Origin: Macrostomum lignano | Lineage: Eukaryota | NCBI GenBank assembly: GCA_002269645.1 | Contig: NIVC01001586.1 | Location: 1-64,000 of the forward strand | Direction of reading: 5' to 3' | Length of the DNA stretch: 64,000 nucleotides | In this document: piece after piece, positions 27,105-39,785 of the stretch | How positions within the stretch are numbered: position 1 is the stretch's first letter | Layout of the letters: each line of letters opens with the position of its first letter | Notes under the pieces: generated by a model | What the model was told of the DNA's origin: nothing | Database searches by the model: none | What the model saw: only the letters and a program-made list of their open reading frames with translations | Position numbers and translations under genes: made by a program

Positions 27105-27850
27105 TCACCCTATGATGAGATTTTGTGTCTCAGCCCCACCCTATGATGAGATTTTGTGTCTCAGCCCCACCCTATGATGAGATTTTGTGTCTCAGCCCCA
27201 CCCTATGATGAGATTTTGTGTCTCAGCTCACCCTATGATGAGATTTTGTGTCTCAGCCCCACCCTATGATGAGATTTTGTGTCTCAGCCCCACCCTATGA
27301 TGAGATTTTGTGTCTCAGCTCACCCTATGATGAGAGTTTGTGTCTCAGCCCCACCCTATGATGAGATTTTGTGTCTCAGCTCACCCTATGATGAGAGTTT
27401 GTGTCTCAACCCCAGCCTATGATTAGATTTTGTGTCTTAACCCCAGCCTATGATGAGATTTTGTGTCTCAGCCCCAGCCTATGATGAGATTTTGTGTCTC
27501 AGCTCCACCCTATTATAAGATTTTGTGGCTCAACCCCATGATGAGAGTTTGTGGCTCAACCCCATGATGAGAGTTTGTGGCTCAACCCCATGATGAGAGT
27601 TTGTGGCTCAACCCCATGATGAGAGTTTGTGGGTCAACCCCATGATGAGAGTTTGTGGCTCAACCCCATGATGAGAGTTTGTGGCTCAACCCTATGATGA
27701 GAGTTTGTGGCTCAACCCCATGATGAGAGTTTGTGGCTCAACCCCATGATGAGAGTTTGTGGCTCAACCCTATGATGAGAGTTTGTGGCTCAACCCCATG
27801 ATGAGAGTTTGTGGCTCAACCCTATGATGAGAGTTTGTGGCTCAACCCCT
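27105..27850. repeat. Two-phase minisatellite (~31-bp then ~26-bp units sharing ATGATGAGA-TTTGTG-CTCA-CCC)
   Basis: Direct reading; the unit length switches at about 27530. Confidence 0.95.
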
Positions 27851-29099
27851 CCCTTAGATGCGATTTTGCGTCTCAACTTACAACGTTTTAACTTTGAAAG
27901 TACCTGCACCTAATGTTTATAATATACTATAAGTAATATTTGATTTTTGTAAATTTCTCAACCTCACACTGCACCGAAGACTTTAAAGTTCTCCCTCAGA
28001 ATTTATCCAAATTACGCAGCTAATATTGCTGACCAGGAAGAGAGGAAAAAATGCAGGCCTTTAGAAGTCTTAGTTGCTAAACATGCAGCATTAAGTGACT
28101 TTCCATCTGTATAATCCGGCAATGGTCTTGTTTACAAGCAGCTCTCGCACTCGTGCCTGTGGAATCTCCGGACTCACCTGATGCTGTAGATAAATGCCTC
28201 CTCCCGGCCTTCTCTGCCTGTCACTTGCGATAAAAATGTCAACGAGCTTCGTCTAGAAAACGAGTTTGCTTCACAGAGGTACATGTTGTCTAGTCCAAAT
28301 AAAAGTACATCGAGTTTTGCGTTTACTCGCCGCAGCTCTGTGACTTCTTGATCCGGCCGGGTGTGGCACAAAGCTGCGCTAAGATGCGGTGGGCAGAACT
28401 GCCTGTATGAATTCAGCTGTGCTATTTCATACGATAATTCCATTGGGAAATCTCAGCTGTCCCAGAAATCCAACTTTCTAGCTGCCGGATGCAGGATGGA
28501 GGCTATTGAAGGGAGAGTACAGTCGAATCGGGTGCGCTCCGCGTGCAGATGATGATTATCTGATGAAGATGGAAATCACAAGCACAATATACTCGTATAA
28601 TTATAGCTCGTAGCAGATGTTCAGGGAAACGATTTAACACACGCAACAGGTCAAAATTCACTAACCTTCAACAAACTTCTCACCGGATTCGAGTACAGCG
28701 TCCTTCTATAGTCTAGAAGTCCCAGACTCGCGTATACCTGCAGAGCCCGCCTCTGCAAATTGCCCAACCGTGTCCTGTGTATTAGAGAGCACCGGAACTG
28801 AGGGCTCAGTGGCGTGCAGTGCAGCACAAGGGAACGGAAGTAACACTGCGGGAGCCGCCTGTCGCCTCTGATTAGAAAATGATAGATCGGAGAAATGTTC
28901 CTTTGAACTTCTACATATAAATTACCCCCGCTGAATCCTACATGTACCTATCCCAGACAGTCTCACCTTAAAATTTTAATTGACCGGTCTGCACGACGTG
29001 CGAATCCTGCGATTGCACTAATTAAAGGCCGTGATATAGCTACATATATGATGGGTCTTCTATGATATCCTTTTGGCTTTTTATAAAGAGCAGGCGATG

Positions 29100-29475
29100 G
29101 TGGGCGCGCATGGCTGAGGTTGGCGATGGGTGGGTGCATGGCTGGGGTTGGCGATGGGTGGGTGCATGGCTGGGGTTGGCGATGGGTGGGTGCATGCATG
29201 GCTGGGGTTGACGATGCAGGGTGGGTGCATGTATGGCTGGGGTTGGCGATGGGGTTGGCGCATGTTTTGGGTTGGCGATAGGGTGGGTGCATGGCTGGGG
29301 TTGGCGATGGGTGGGTGCATGCATGGCTGGGGTTGGCGATGGGTGGGTGCATGTATGGCTGGGGTTGGCGATGGGGTTGGCGCATGTTTTGGGTTGGCGA
29401 TAGGGTGGGTGCATGGCTGGGGTTCGCGGCGGGGTGGGTGCATGTATGGCTGGGGTTGGCGATGGGTGGGTGCAG
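29100..29475. repeat. G-rich minisatellite (GGGTGGGTGCATGGCTGGGGTTGGCGAT)
   Basis: Direct reading. Confidence 0.9.
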
Positions 29476-30480
29476 ATCAGATGCTGCAGCGAGGACAACC
29501 GCGCACTCTGCGTTTCGTTAAGATTTTTTTGACTGTGTGCCATGTTTTGAGCCTAACAGACTCACTATTTGCCGTCTTTTGTTTTTCCCGCAATTAAATT
29601 TGTCCAGCAAAGACAATAATTATGTAATGCAAATTTATAGCTCGTTTGCTTGTTTTCTTGCCGTCTGCAATCACTTTCTTATTATAGAGGTTCCTTCCTC
29701 CATCTGTGAAATTTCCCAGTCATCGCAATTACTGCGACATCGGGTGCTGAGCCTTCCGCCTTCAAAATTGATCCAATTTAGCGAATCGACGTTGACCGCC
29801 CATATAAAGAAGGCTTATTCCCATCTTCTATAGGATCAAAGAACGCCAAGTCTCGCCATAAATTGAAGCAATTATCAATATACTCGTATAATGCGAAGCG
29901 TCTTTGAGCGTCTTTGGAAATAATCGCTTGCTGACGCAGAAAATCCGCTGTCTCAAGCTTCAAATTGACGAGGGCGTCCCTATAGTAGGGAGCGAATAAA
30001 AAATATAATTTCCCACCGATTTTAGAGAACTCCGAGCTTTAGGCCGCGTACGCGTCGTATTTTTGCACCTGGCTGTGCGTGCGTTTTAGTCGCTGAGAGT
30101 CGCTGAGAGAATTCAAATTCGTTCCTATACTAGCTACTGGGTAAGTTGAAGCAGCTTTTTGTCACTCACATGGCCCAGCTCTATAAATAGGAGTTCTAGC
30201 AAATTGGACTTTAAAATATGGCGCACTCAAAATGCTTTTACAGGCGGAAATTTACTAAATTGCAGAAAGTGTACGTGCCTGACGATTAGAAAGCCAGGGC
30301 CGCTGTGTACACCCTGAGCGCGTGCCTGTGTACACAGTATTGGCACTCTTGCATGTGCTCAGGAGTCATTGAAATAGGCCGAATTGCCTCACCCCAGGTT
30401 GTGGAACGATGTCGCCGAAGGCATTGCGCCAGGGTGCAGCTGTCTCTAGATTTGATCATTTAAATATGATAGATGGCTGA

Positions 30481-30853
30481 GGGGGGCCGTAGCCCAGCGG
30501 TAGCGCAGCTGCTCTGGTGTGCCAGCGGCCCAGGCTCGATTCCAAGTGCAGTCACATTAATTTGGGGCTGAATTGGAATCTCGGCTTGGCTCTGCTCGTG
30601 CAATTAACGGCCTTGAGAGCCAACCCCCCAAGGCACAGTGAAGTGTACATGCCTAACGATCAAATAAAGTTAGGGCCGCTGTACACTCCTGTGTGAGTGT
30701 GTGCCTGTGCGTGTGACTGCGTACGTATCCGCGCGCTTGTGTGCCTGCTCAGGGGAGTCGGCGGAATGGGCAGTAATGCCTCTCGCCGGTTGTGTGCCTA
30801 TGTCGCTTAAAGTGCGCCAGGGTGCACACAACCCCCCTGCCTCTAATAAAAAA
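30481..30853 (+). mobile_element. tRNA-headed SINE flanked by a 15-bp direct repeat, preceded by a diverged headless relative (about 30266-30480)
   Basis: A box TAGCCCAGCGG, B box GGCTCGATTCC and an A-rich end AATAAAAAA. ATGATAGATGGCTGA occurs at 30466-30480 and 30854-30868. Confidence 0.65.
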
Positions 30854-32777
30854 ATGATAGATGGCTGATTTTTTTTACTTTATCCAACTCCACATGTCAA
30901 TCGAGCAGTGCCAAGCTTTCCGGTGCACCCAGTCCAACAGCAGGACAAAGTGGAACTGTGCCAGCGTATCGCCCCTGCGGAACACCAGCCCCTGCACGCC
31001 TGCCCCGATGCATGGACAATCGCATGTAATCATAGATTTGGCGACATCAAAAGTGGCTGCTGTGTCCTGAATAGGAAATGATCATGCAAGTTGATTTAAT
31101 TTCAGACGCAGTCTTGAAGAGTAGCAATCAAAGTTAGTGAGCTGTTCTGGCTGAGCGTCTCTTGACTAGTGATTTCCTGTCTAACACAACTATTGATTAG
31201 CAGACTAGTTTTACAGAGATACAAAGCTAAACGGAGGGAAATGAGAACTTGTTCAAGAGACTTCAGGCCCATCAAGAGAATCTAGTCTAGACATACATGT
31301 AGGTAAATTCATCAGCTCGTTGTGCAGCTGTACTGTGTTGCTGCGCTCGAACCAGTGTGTCTACCGCTTAAATTTCATTTCTGTTATCTGTTTTTTTGGT
31401 CTATTGGCAAATGACTAATGAATAAGCTGGAGGCATATATGTAAAAGCATAAATTGTTTTTAGAGTTTTTTGGTCCACTGACTTACGCTTGCCGCAGTGG
31501 GCTGAAACAGTGGGCAGAAGGACAACTCAAGTAGGACGCGAAAGCTCGTTTCTCGGAAATTTTATTAGGCAGGTTTTTCCAAAAAATACACTACAGAGAT
31601 ACGAGTACATTTAGGAAGATTTCATTTTTTTTCAACACAAAAATTGTTATTGCTTTCCAATGTTTGGAGGCAGACCCAATGTTCATCTTTTAATATGTTG
31701 TGCCATTCTTATAGCTTTATTGATATTTATAAAGCTTTTCGTTTAGAAAATTAGGATTCTAATGTCTGCGTCAACTGACTGTTCACTCGTTTTAACGCTC
31801 GGACAGTCATTGAGTTCGGAGTTCTGACTGGTAAATCAACAGTCAGCTACTTATGAAAATCTGAGATACCTGGTACGTTCTAAACAAATTAGAAGCCCCA
31901 TCAATATAGGCAGTGCGTGTGAGGGTGTTCGGGAGGTCTGAGAGAGAACAGCAACAGACCACACTCGATGCCGTGACAAAGTACAGCAGGGCTCACTTTC
32001 GTTGAGCTCGCGTGAGGCCTTGACGGCAAATCTGTAAACTATTTTATGACCTTCTTTGCCATTACAAAAAGCTTTTGTGATTTTTTATTCACAAATTTGT
32101 TCTTATTAAGGCAACCAAAACTTTTCGGATAGCCGTCAAAACACTAAGATTTTATAGAATTTTAAGTTCAAATTTTATATTGAAACCTACAGTAAGTTTT
32201 AAGTATTTCCTGTTTGCACGATATTAGAAATGGTGAGTATTTTTAATACGCTTGGCTTCAGACCCTTGGCCGTTAGGAACTATAGGCATGATGAAGCTAT
32301 ATATGCAAAAATGAATTCCAGAAGTAACTTCAGACTTTGATCTACGAGAAAAAGTTTAATCTAGCAGTTTTCAGGACAGAGAAAGGCTTTTACAGGGCTG
32401 GGATGCAGAGTTTGAGGCAGGGGACAGCGATAAAAGATAGGGGATCTCAGCTGGCTGGGATTAACTGGGCGGCAATTCGATTAATTCAATCCCGATTCAG
32501 GTGGCAAAGATTTACTAGCTGAACTGCCAGTTCAATTCTCCCAATGTCGGAGCGACTGACTTCCGGCATTGAAATATAAAATATCGATTCAATTCAACCT
32601 TATCACTGAAGGCGGTTGTCTCAAGATGCTTGCGAGATGGTTGACTCCGCGCTGGTCCATGCTAGGTCAGAGAAGGCACACAGAAAAGTATTAAATAAAA
32701 TAAGCCAAAGTTGCCTAGTCGTATTTACACAGTACTCAGTTTTATTTGTACGAAATAGCAAAACTTATGAGTCTATG

Positions 32778-33027
32778 AGAATTTCCCACCGAGGTTTTCC
32801 CGCAGGGTTTTTACAGTCGGAATTTCAAGTCAAATCCAATTGGATTTTAAATCTAGTCTAGTCTAGTCTAGTCTAGTCTAGTCTAGTCTAGTCTAGTCTA
32901 GTCTAGTCTAGTCTAGTCTAGTCTAGTCTAGTCTAGATTAGTTGGTTAGTTCAAATTTAGTCCAGCACTGTCTATAGACAGGATTTGACTTGAAATTCCG
33001 ACTGTAAAAACCCTGCGGGAGATTCTC
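32778..33027. mobile_element. MITE-like element with 39-bp perfect inverted repeats around a (CTAGT)n tract
   Basis: 32799-32837 CCCGCAGGGTTTTTACAGTCGGAATTTCAAGTCAAATCC is the exact reverse complement of 32981-33019. Confidence 0.75.
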
Positions 33028-33575
33028 GTGCTCCCAAATTTATTAATACCTTTAATAATAATACGAGCGTACTTAATAACGCCAGTTCCCCTGAACCCCC
33101 CCCCCCAGCACGGATAGATACGCAGGCACACGCTCACACAGGGTGTACTTTCTCAGTTACTCAAAGAGGTTAAAGTAGTAACTTCATCATCATAATTTGA
33201 CTTTATTGATTCATCAAATTATTCATTAATGAGCTAATATGGCTTACCTTAAAACTAAAATGCCACCTTCAATCAGTAGCACCGTTAAATGGAATAAATT
33301 GATTAGCTTTGACGTCAAGAGTGACAAATCTGCTCACAATTCCAATGCACCTCCCAACCCATGGACAGGCTGCGATGCACAGAACGGCTAGTGGACATTC
33401 CGTCCCCTGCGCCTGCGATTGGTCGAGGGCTGCAAAATCACCGGCAGGACTCGAAGCTCCGCCCGACCCTCTCCGCGCCTCGTCCATCTCTATATATGAA
33501 CCGGCAGCTGGCGAACTCCTTCAGCCACTTCCCTTCCCGACTCGACTGGCCACCGGACAACAAGAGGCAACAGCG

Positions 33576-35545
33576 ATGAACTCCGCCCAGGCTGCCGAAT
33601 CGCTGGCCGCGATCTGCAACGGCACCGAGGCGATGGCCGCCTGCATCGAGGAGGCAATCTACAGCGTCACGGTCGAGACCAAGCTGTCCGAGAGCTTCTA
33701 CCAGGCTGCCGCAGCCGGCTACATCGCGGTTCTGCTGTGCGCGGTGCTGGCCAACAGCCTCATGCTGTACGCCATCCTGTCAACCTGGCGCGAGAGCCGG
33801 GCATCGAATTATCGCTGCTTCTATTTGAATTTGATCGTCTGCGACCTGCTGTCGGCGCTGCTGATCCTGCCGGCTAGCGGCCGCGACCAGATCGACGACC
33901 GCTGGCTGTTGGGCGAGGCCGGCTGCAAGGCGGTGCACGCGCTCAGCGTCTGCCTCATGTGCAGCAGCGTGCTGACCCTCACCGGCGTCAGCTGGCTGCG
34001 CTGCCTCGGCGCCGGCCGGCTGACCTTCAACTGGATTGACAGGCGGCGCAGCCTCGGCCGCGAGCTGGCCGCCATCGGTGCCATCTGGCTGCTGGCCGGC
34101 CTGGCCGCCTTGCCCGCTGGCGCGGTGTCCGAGCTGCAGGAGCAGTACGACGGCATCTCCGGCCACCTCGCGGACAAACTGGACCGGCCAATCAGCTGGC
34201 CGGTGTGCCGAGAAAACTGGGGCAACCAGTCGGCGACAGAGGCCGACGCGGAGGGGCAGCGGCAGTTCAACGCCAGCTTCTGGTGAGCTCAGGCTGTTGC
34301 GCAACTTAAGCTCAAATTCAGATTGAGTTCGAACTTTTGCCCGCTGCAGAGAACTGGGGACATCAGAGTGCTGAAGTAGCAAAACTGTAGGCGGGCTGCG
34401 GCAGAGCACTAAGAGGGTAGGGACAGAGGGTAGTACAGAGGGTAGGGGCAGAGGGTAGCGACAGAGGGTAGGGACAGAGGGTAGGGACAGAGGGTAGCGA
34501 CAGAGGGTTAGGGATAGAGGGTAGGGACAGAGGGTAGGGACAGAGGGTAGGGACAGAGGGTTAGAGACAGAGGGTGGGACAGAGAGTAGGGACAGAGGGT
34601 AGGGACAGAGGGTAGGGACAGAGGGTGGGACAGAGGGTCGGAACAGAGGGTTAGAGACAGAGGGTGGGACAGAGAGTAGGGACAGAGGGTAGGGACAGAG
34701 GGTGGGACAGAGGGTAGGGACAGAGGTAGGGACAGAGCACAAAGGCAGACGCTGAGCATACCCATTAACCCACGGCCTGCAGGTACGGCCTGGCCATCCT
34801 ATGCTTGGCCTTCCTCCTGCCGCTGCTCAGCCTGGCTGCCGCCTATTGCCGCATCTGCCGCGTCATCTACCTGTCCAACCGCATTCTGAACGCGCATCGT
34901 CGCTGGCAGGAGATGGTCAGCGCTGGCTACCGCGGTGCTGCGGACACGACCCTCGTACGGCTCAGCAGCCTGCAGCAGCGCCAGCAGCAGCAACAGCAGC
35001 AACAACAACAGAAGCAGCAGCAGCGCCAGCAGCAGCGGCGGCACCAGGCCACTCCGCCGCTGCCGCCATCCACCTGCAATGCCATCAGCCAGCGTCGCCG
35101 GCTGGCAACCTCTCGCCGAATGTTCCTCCTAGCCGTAGCCCTAGTGGTGATTTTCGCCGTCACCTGGCTGCCAATCCAGTGCTTTCAGCTCATCCGGGCC
35201 CGCCCGGACTCCAGGGTGTGGAACGCTGAACTGTCGCACAAGTTGGCCTTCGTATTCCACCTGCTGGCGCTGTCGAACTGCCTCGTGAACCCCTGCTTCC
35301 TGGTGGCCACGCATTCGCCATACAGGCGCCGGCTTCGCCGTCTGGTTCGCAACTTCTACAGGCGCCGACGCCGGCACGGCTGCTGCGTCTGTTGCCTGCT
35401 CTGCTTGTGCAACATCTTCGGCTCCTGTTGCGACTGTTGCTGCTGTGGCGGTCGCGACGGCAGAGACGGCTGCAACACGTGCTGGCTGTGCCCGTTCCGG
35501 AAGCGAGCCGGGGACCGGCAGTTCGAGCTGAACGATCTCAGTTGA
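33576..35545 (+). CDS. Rhodopsin-class GPCR, neuropeptide-receptor-like, with atypical motifs
   Basis: Exons 33576-34282 and 34783-35545 (TG|G = Trp). Seven hydrophobic segments; TM1 LANSL, TM2 LIVCDLL, ECL1 WLLGEAGCK, ECL2 VCRENW, TM5 FLLPL, TM6 FAVTWLP, TM7 SNCLVNP. Confidence 0.9.
34405..34738. repeat. 13-bp intronic minisatellite (AGAGGGTAGGGAC)
   Basis: Fills most of the GPCR intron. Confidence 0.95.
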
Positions 35546-36602
35546 ACTTTGATGCCCGCGAAAGACGTTGATTGTAACAGTGAAGAAAGTCAAATTCGAT
35601 GAACAGAAAGTCAAGAGTCTATTTTTTATGTTTGTCCACGAGTGCAGCTCTGTATGGTGAATTCCATCTCACAGAATTTTGTCTTGTGAATGTATAAGTG
35701 AATTTTCTGTCTCTCTAAACTGTTTCCAGTTTGTTTAAAGTCGCGCCCCCTCTCCCTAAGTGTGCCCACCTCCGACTTGACTGTTCTGCACGCTGGTCAT
35801 GAAATATAATAGCCCTATAAAACATGCAAAAATGTGTTCAATTCTGCATACAGCCCGCAGTAAACCACTGTAGTAAAAAGCATTGGAAATTTCGATTAAG
35901 GAAATGAGAAAAACACAGAGCTAGCAGGATGGGATTTCACATCGGTTCCCAATCCGTCTGCACTTCGGTCTGCGGCAAAGCCATCCCAAAAAGCGGCCCA
36001 TTGTGCAAGTTAGTAAAAACATCACGCGTACATCCGCACCTGCACTGACTAATAAACCAGCCCGTGTCTCACTGCAGACAATCAACACGTGACAATTTGC
36101 CAAATGAAACCAGCCTGACCGCCTTGTTTCTGGACCCGACCGAGGAGGAGGCTCTCAGGTGTGCTCAGGCGAACTCGAGAAAAACAACTCGACCATATGG
36201 TGACTTGCTTTCTGATGGGGATGGCCTGCTGCAGCTGGGAAGCTTCTTGATAACCCTTGTGCGAATTTGCTGGACAAGGTGCTTGAAAATATAAGCCAGA
36301 TGAGGCACAAGTGTTTATCCCTGCCTCCGCGTGAACCTTGGCGCAGCATTCCTAATTTGCAGTTCCTATGTTATAATGCATGTTCTTCTTCAAATAAATA
36401 TACACAGCATCTGGTTCCTGCTCACGCACTCACGTTTCTTGACCTTAAAAAACAGGTCTTCGAGCTTATCAATAGCGATCGGAAATGCTGCTCAGCATCC
36501 TTCATCTTGATCGAATTTCACTAAGTTCAGTCTAACTGCAAACACGAGCCCGCGCATGCCTTAAATGTGTAACAGAGAGGGGGGAGCAGCCCAATTGCAA
36601 AC

Positions 36603-38050
36603 CAGATCCTAGATCCCAGATCCTAGATCCCAGATCCTAGATCCCAGATCCTAGATCCCAGATCCTAGATCCCAGATCCTAGATCCCAGATCCTAGATCC
36701 CAGATCCTAGATCCCAGATCCTAGATCCCAGATCCTAGATCCCAGATCCTAGATCCCAGATCCTAGATCCCAGATCCTAGATCCCAGATCCTAGATCCCA
36801 GATCCTAGATCCCAGATCCTAGATCCCAGATCCTAGATCCCAGATCCTAGATCCCAGATCCTAGATCCCAGATCCTAGATCCCAGATCCTAGATCCCAGA
36901 TCCTAGATCCCAGATCCTAGATCCCAGATCCTAGATCCCAGATCCTAGATCCCAGATCCTAGATCCCAGATCCTAGATCCCAGATCCTAGATCCCAGATC
37001 CTAGATCCCAGATCCTAGATCCCAGATCCTAGATCCCAGATCCTAGATCCCAGATCCTAGATCCCAGATCCTAGATCCCAGATCCTAGATCCCAGATCCT
37101 AGATCCCAGATCCTAGATCCCAGATCCTAGATCCCAGATCCTAGATCCCAGATCCTAGATCCCAGATCCTAGATCCCAGATCCTAGATCCCAGATCCTAG
37201 ATCCCAGATCCTAGATCCCAGATCCTAGATCCCAGATCCTAGATCCCAGATCCTAGATCCCAGATCCTAGATCCCAGATCCTAGATCCCAGATCCTAGAT
37301 CCCAGATCCTAGATCCCAGATCCTAGATCCCAGATCCTAGATCCCAGATCCTAGATCCCAGATCCTAGATCCCAGATCCTAGATCCCAGATCCTAGATCC
37401 CAGATCCTAGATCCCAGATCCTAGATCCCAGATCCTAGATCCCAGATCCTAGATCCCAGATCCTAGATCCCAGATCCTAGATCCCAGATCCTAGATCCCA
37501 GATCCTAGATCCCAGATCCTAGATCCCAGATCCTAGATCCCAGATCCTAGATCCCAGATCCTAGATCCCAGATCCTAGATCCCAGATCCTAGATCCCAGA
37601 TCCTAGATCCCAGATCCTAGATCCCAGATCCTAGATCCCAGATCCTAGATCCCAGATCCTAGATCCCAGATCCTAGATCCCAGATCCTAGATCCCAGATC
37701 CTAGATCCCAGATCCTAGATCCCAGATCCTAGATCCCAGATCCTAGATCCCAGATCCTAGATCCCAGATCCTAGATCCCAGATCCTAGATCCCAGATCCT
37801 AGATCCCAGATCCTAGATCCCAGATCCTAGATCCCAGATCCTAGATCCCAGATCCTAGATCCCAGATCCTAGATCCCAGATCCTAGATCCCAGATCCTAG
37901 ATCCCAGATCCTAGATCCCAGATCCTAGATCCCAGATCCTAGATCCCAGATCCTAGATCCCAGATCCTAGATCCCAGATCCTAGATCCCAGATCCTAGAT
38001 CCCAGATCCTAGATCCCAGATCCTAGATCCCAGATCTCAGATCCTAGATC
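36603..38050. repeat. Near-perfect 14-bp satellite (CAGATCCTAGATCC)n, roughly 100 copies
   Basis: Direct reading; a dimer of AGATCCT and AGATCCC heptamers. Confidence 0.97.
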
Positions 38051-38914
38051 CCCACATAGTCTGACATTTAAGTTTTATAATTTCAACAGTGACTTTGAAA
38101 ATTGACTTAAAATTGAATCAATTTTGTTCTCGTCTTGCACATTTTTCCTCAAAATATCTGAAAAAAACACAAAGCATCAGCAATGACGCTTGAAATGCGT
38201 GAAAATATGCTAAAAATAAGTTTAGACCAAATAAAGTCTAGCGATGTGAGCGTGCAGTCCTGATGCTCAAGTTTTGCATGCCCAGCTCGAACAGAAGAAA
38301 AGACGGAAGCGCGGTGACGCAGCAACAAAATCAGTCAAAGACAACTTTGCCTAATTTGTAGCAAACTTTTCTTTTTAGAAGAGGTTTCTCTGGCTAGGTT
38401 TCCAGCAGGCCCTATCGCTAACGTGACCAGAGCTGAAAAGCGGTCGCTCGGCTGTTTTTCTCTTTGGAATTTTCAACACGCTCCCCGACTCACTGGCCTG
38501 GCGTGTCGGCTCCAGATTCTCTCGAAACTCTTATTAAGACTTCATTAGCCGGCGAATGTTTAAACATCACGAGGGGACAGCCAGGTGATCCGGTTGGCTT
38601 GCGCTTGGCAACTCCCACAGGTGGCCCGCACAGACTTACCTGGGAGCAAATTAATTGGGCGGGAGAAAGTCTAAAGGCAGGCACGCAATGCCGGTGTCAG
38701 GAGGTAGACAAGTGAATTGAAGATTCAAGAGTCACGAAAAGGTGACCAGATTTGTTTATTATTAAGGAATTAAGTGCGCAACCTTTGGTTTTCCAAGGAT
38801 TGCTAAAATCTCTAAAACACAACCTGCTGAAAAATCTGTTCCATAGTCAAAACAGAAATTCAAATCAGGAGAGGCAGAAATAACAGTGACTCGCTGGCAG
38901 CCTGACCTGCAGCG

Positions 38915-39785
38915 TCTTCAGCTAGCCCAGTAGGTTGCCAGCTACCCCAATAGGTTGTCAGTTCTCCCGGTAGGTTGTCAGCTAGCCCAGTAGATTGCCA
39001 GCTACCCCAATAGGTTGTCAGTTCTCCCGGTAGGTTGTCAGCTAGCCTGGTAGATTGTCAGCTACCCCAATAGGTTGTCAGTTCTCCCGGTAGGTTGTCA
39101 GCTAGCCTGGTAGGTTGCCAGCTACCCCAATAGGTTGTCAGTTCTCCCGGTAGGTTGTCAGCTAGCCTGGTAGATTGTCAGCTACCCCAATAGGTTGTCA
39201 GTTCTCCCGGTAGGTTGTCAGCTAGCCTGGTAGATTGTCAGCTACCCCAATAGGTTGTCAGTTCTCCCGGTAGGTTGTCAGCTAGCCCAGTAGATTGCCA
39301 GCTACCCCAATAGGTTGTCAGTTCTCCCGGTAGGTTGTCAGCTAGCCTGGTAGATTGTCAGCTAGCTCGGTAGTTTGTCAGCTAGCCCAGTAGGTTGCCA
39401 GCTCTCCCGGTAGGTTTTAAGTTCTCCCGGTAGGTTGTCAGCTCTCCCGGTAGGTTGTCAGCTCTCCCGGTAGGTTGTCAGCTAGCTCGGTAAGGTTGCC
39501 ACCTAGCTCGGTAAGGTTGCCAGCTAGCTCAGAGGTTGTCAGCTAGCCCGGTTGGTTGTCAGCTAACCCGGTTGGTTGTCAGCTAGCTCGGTAGATTGTC
39601 AGCTAGCTCGGTAGGTTGTCAACTAGCCCGGTAGGTTTTCAGCTCTCCCAGTAGGTTGTCAGCTCTCCCGGTAGGTTTTCAGCTCTCCCGGTAGGTTTTC
39701 AGCTAGCTCGGTTAGGTTGCCAGCTAGCTCAGAGGTTGTCAGCTAACCCGGTTGGCTGTCAGCTAGCTTGGTTGGTTTTCAGCTA
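38915..39785. repeat. 20-bp monomer satellite with a 60-bp higher-order repeat in its left half
   Basis: GCTACCCCAATAGGTTGTCA / GTTCTCCCGGTAGGTTGTCA / GCTAGCCTGGTAGATTGTCA recur as trimers. Confidence 0.9.

Noticed and set aside
36064-36524. LINE reverse-transcriptase fragment
   Set aside because: Only a vague LFLDPTEEE resemblance; no RT motifs follow in any frame I read.
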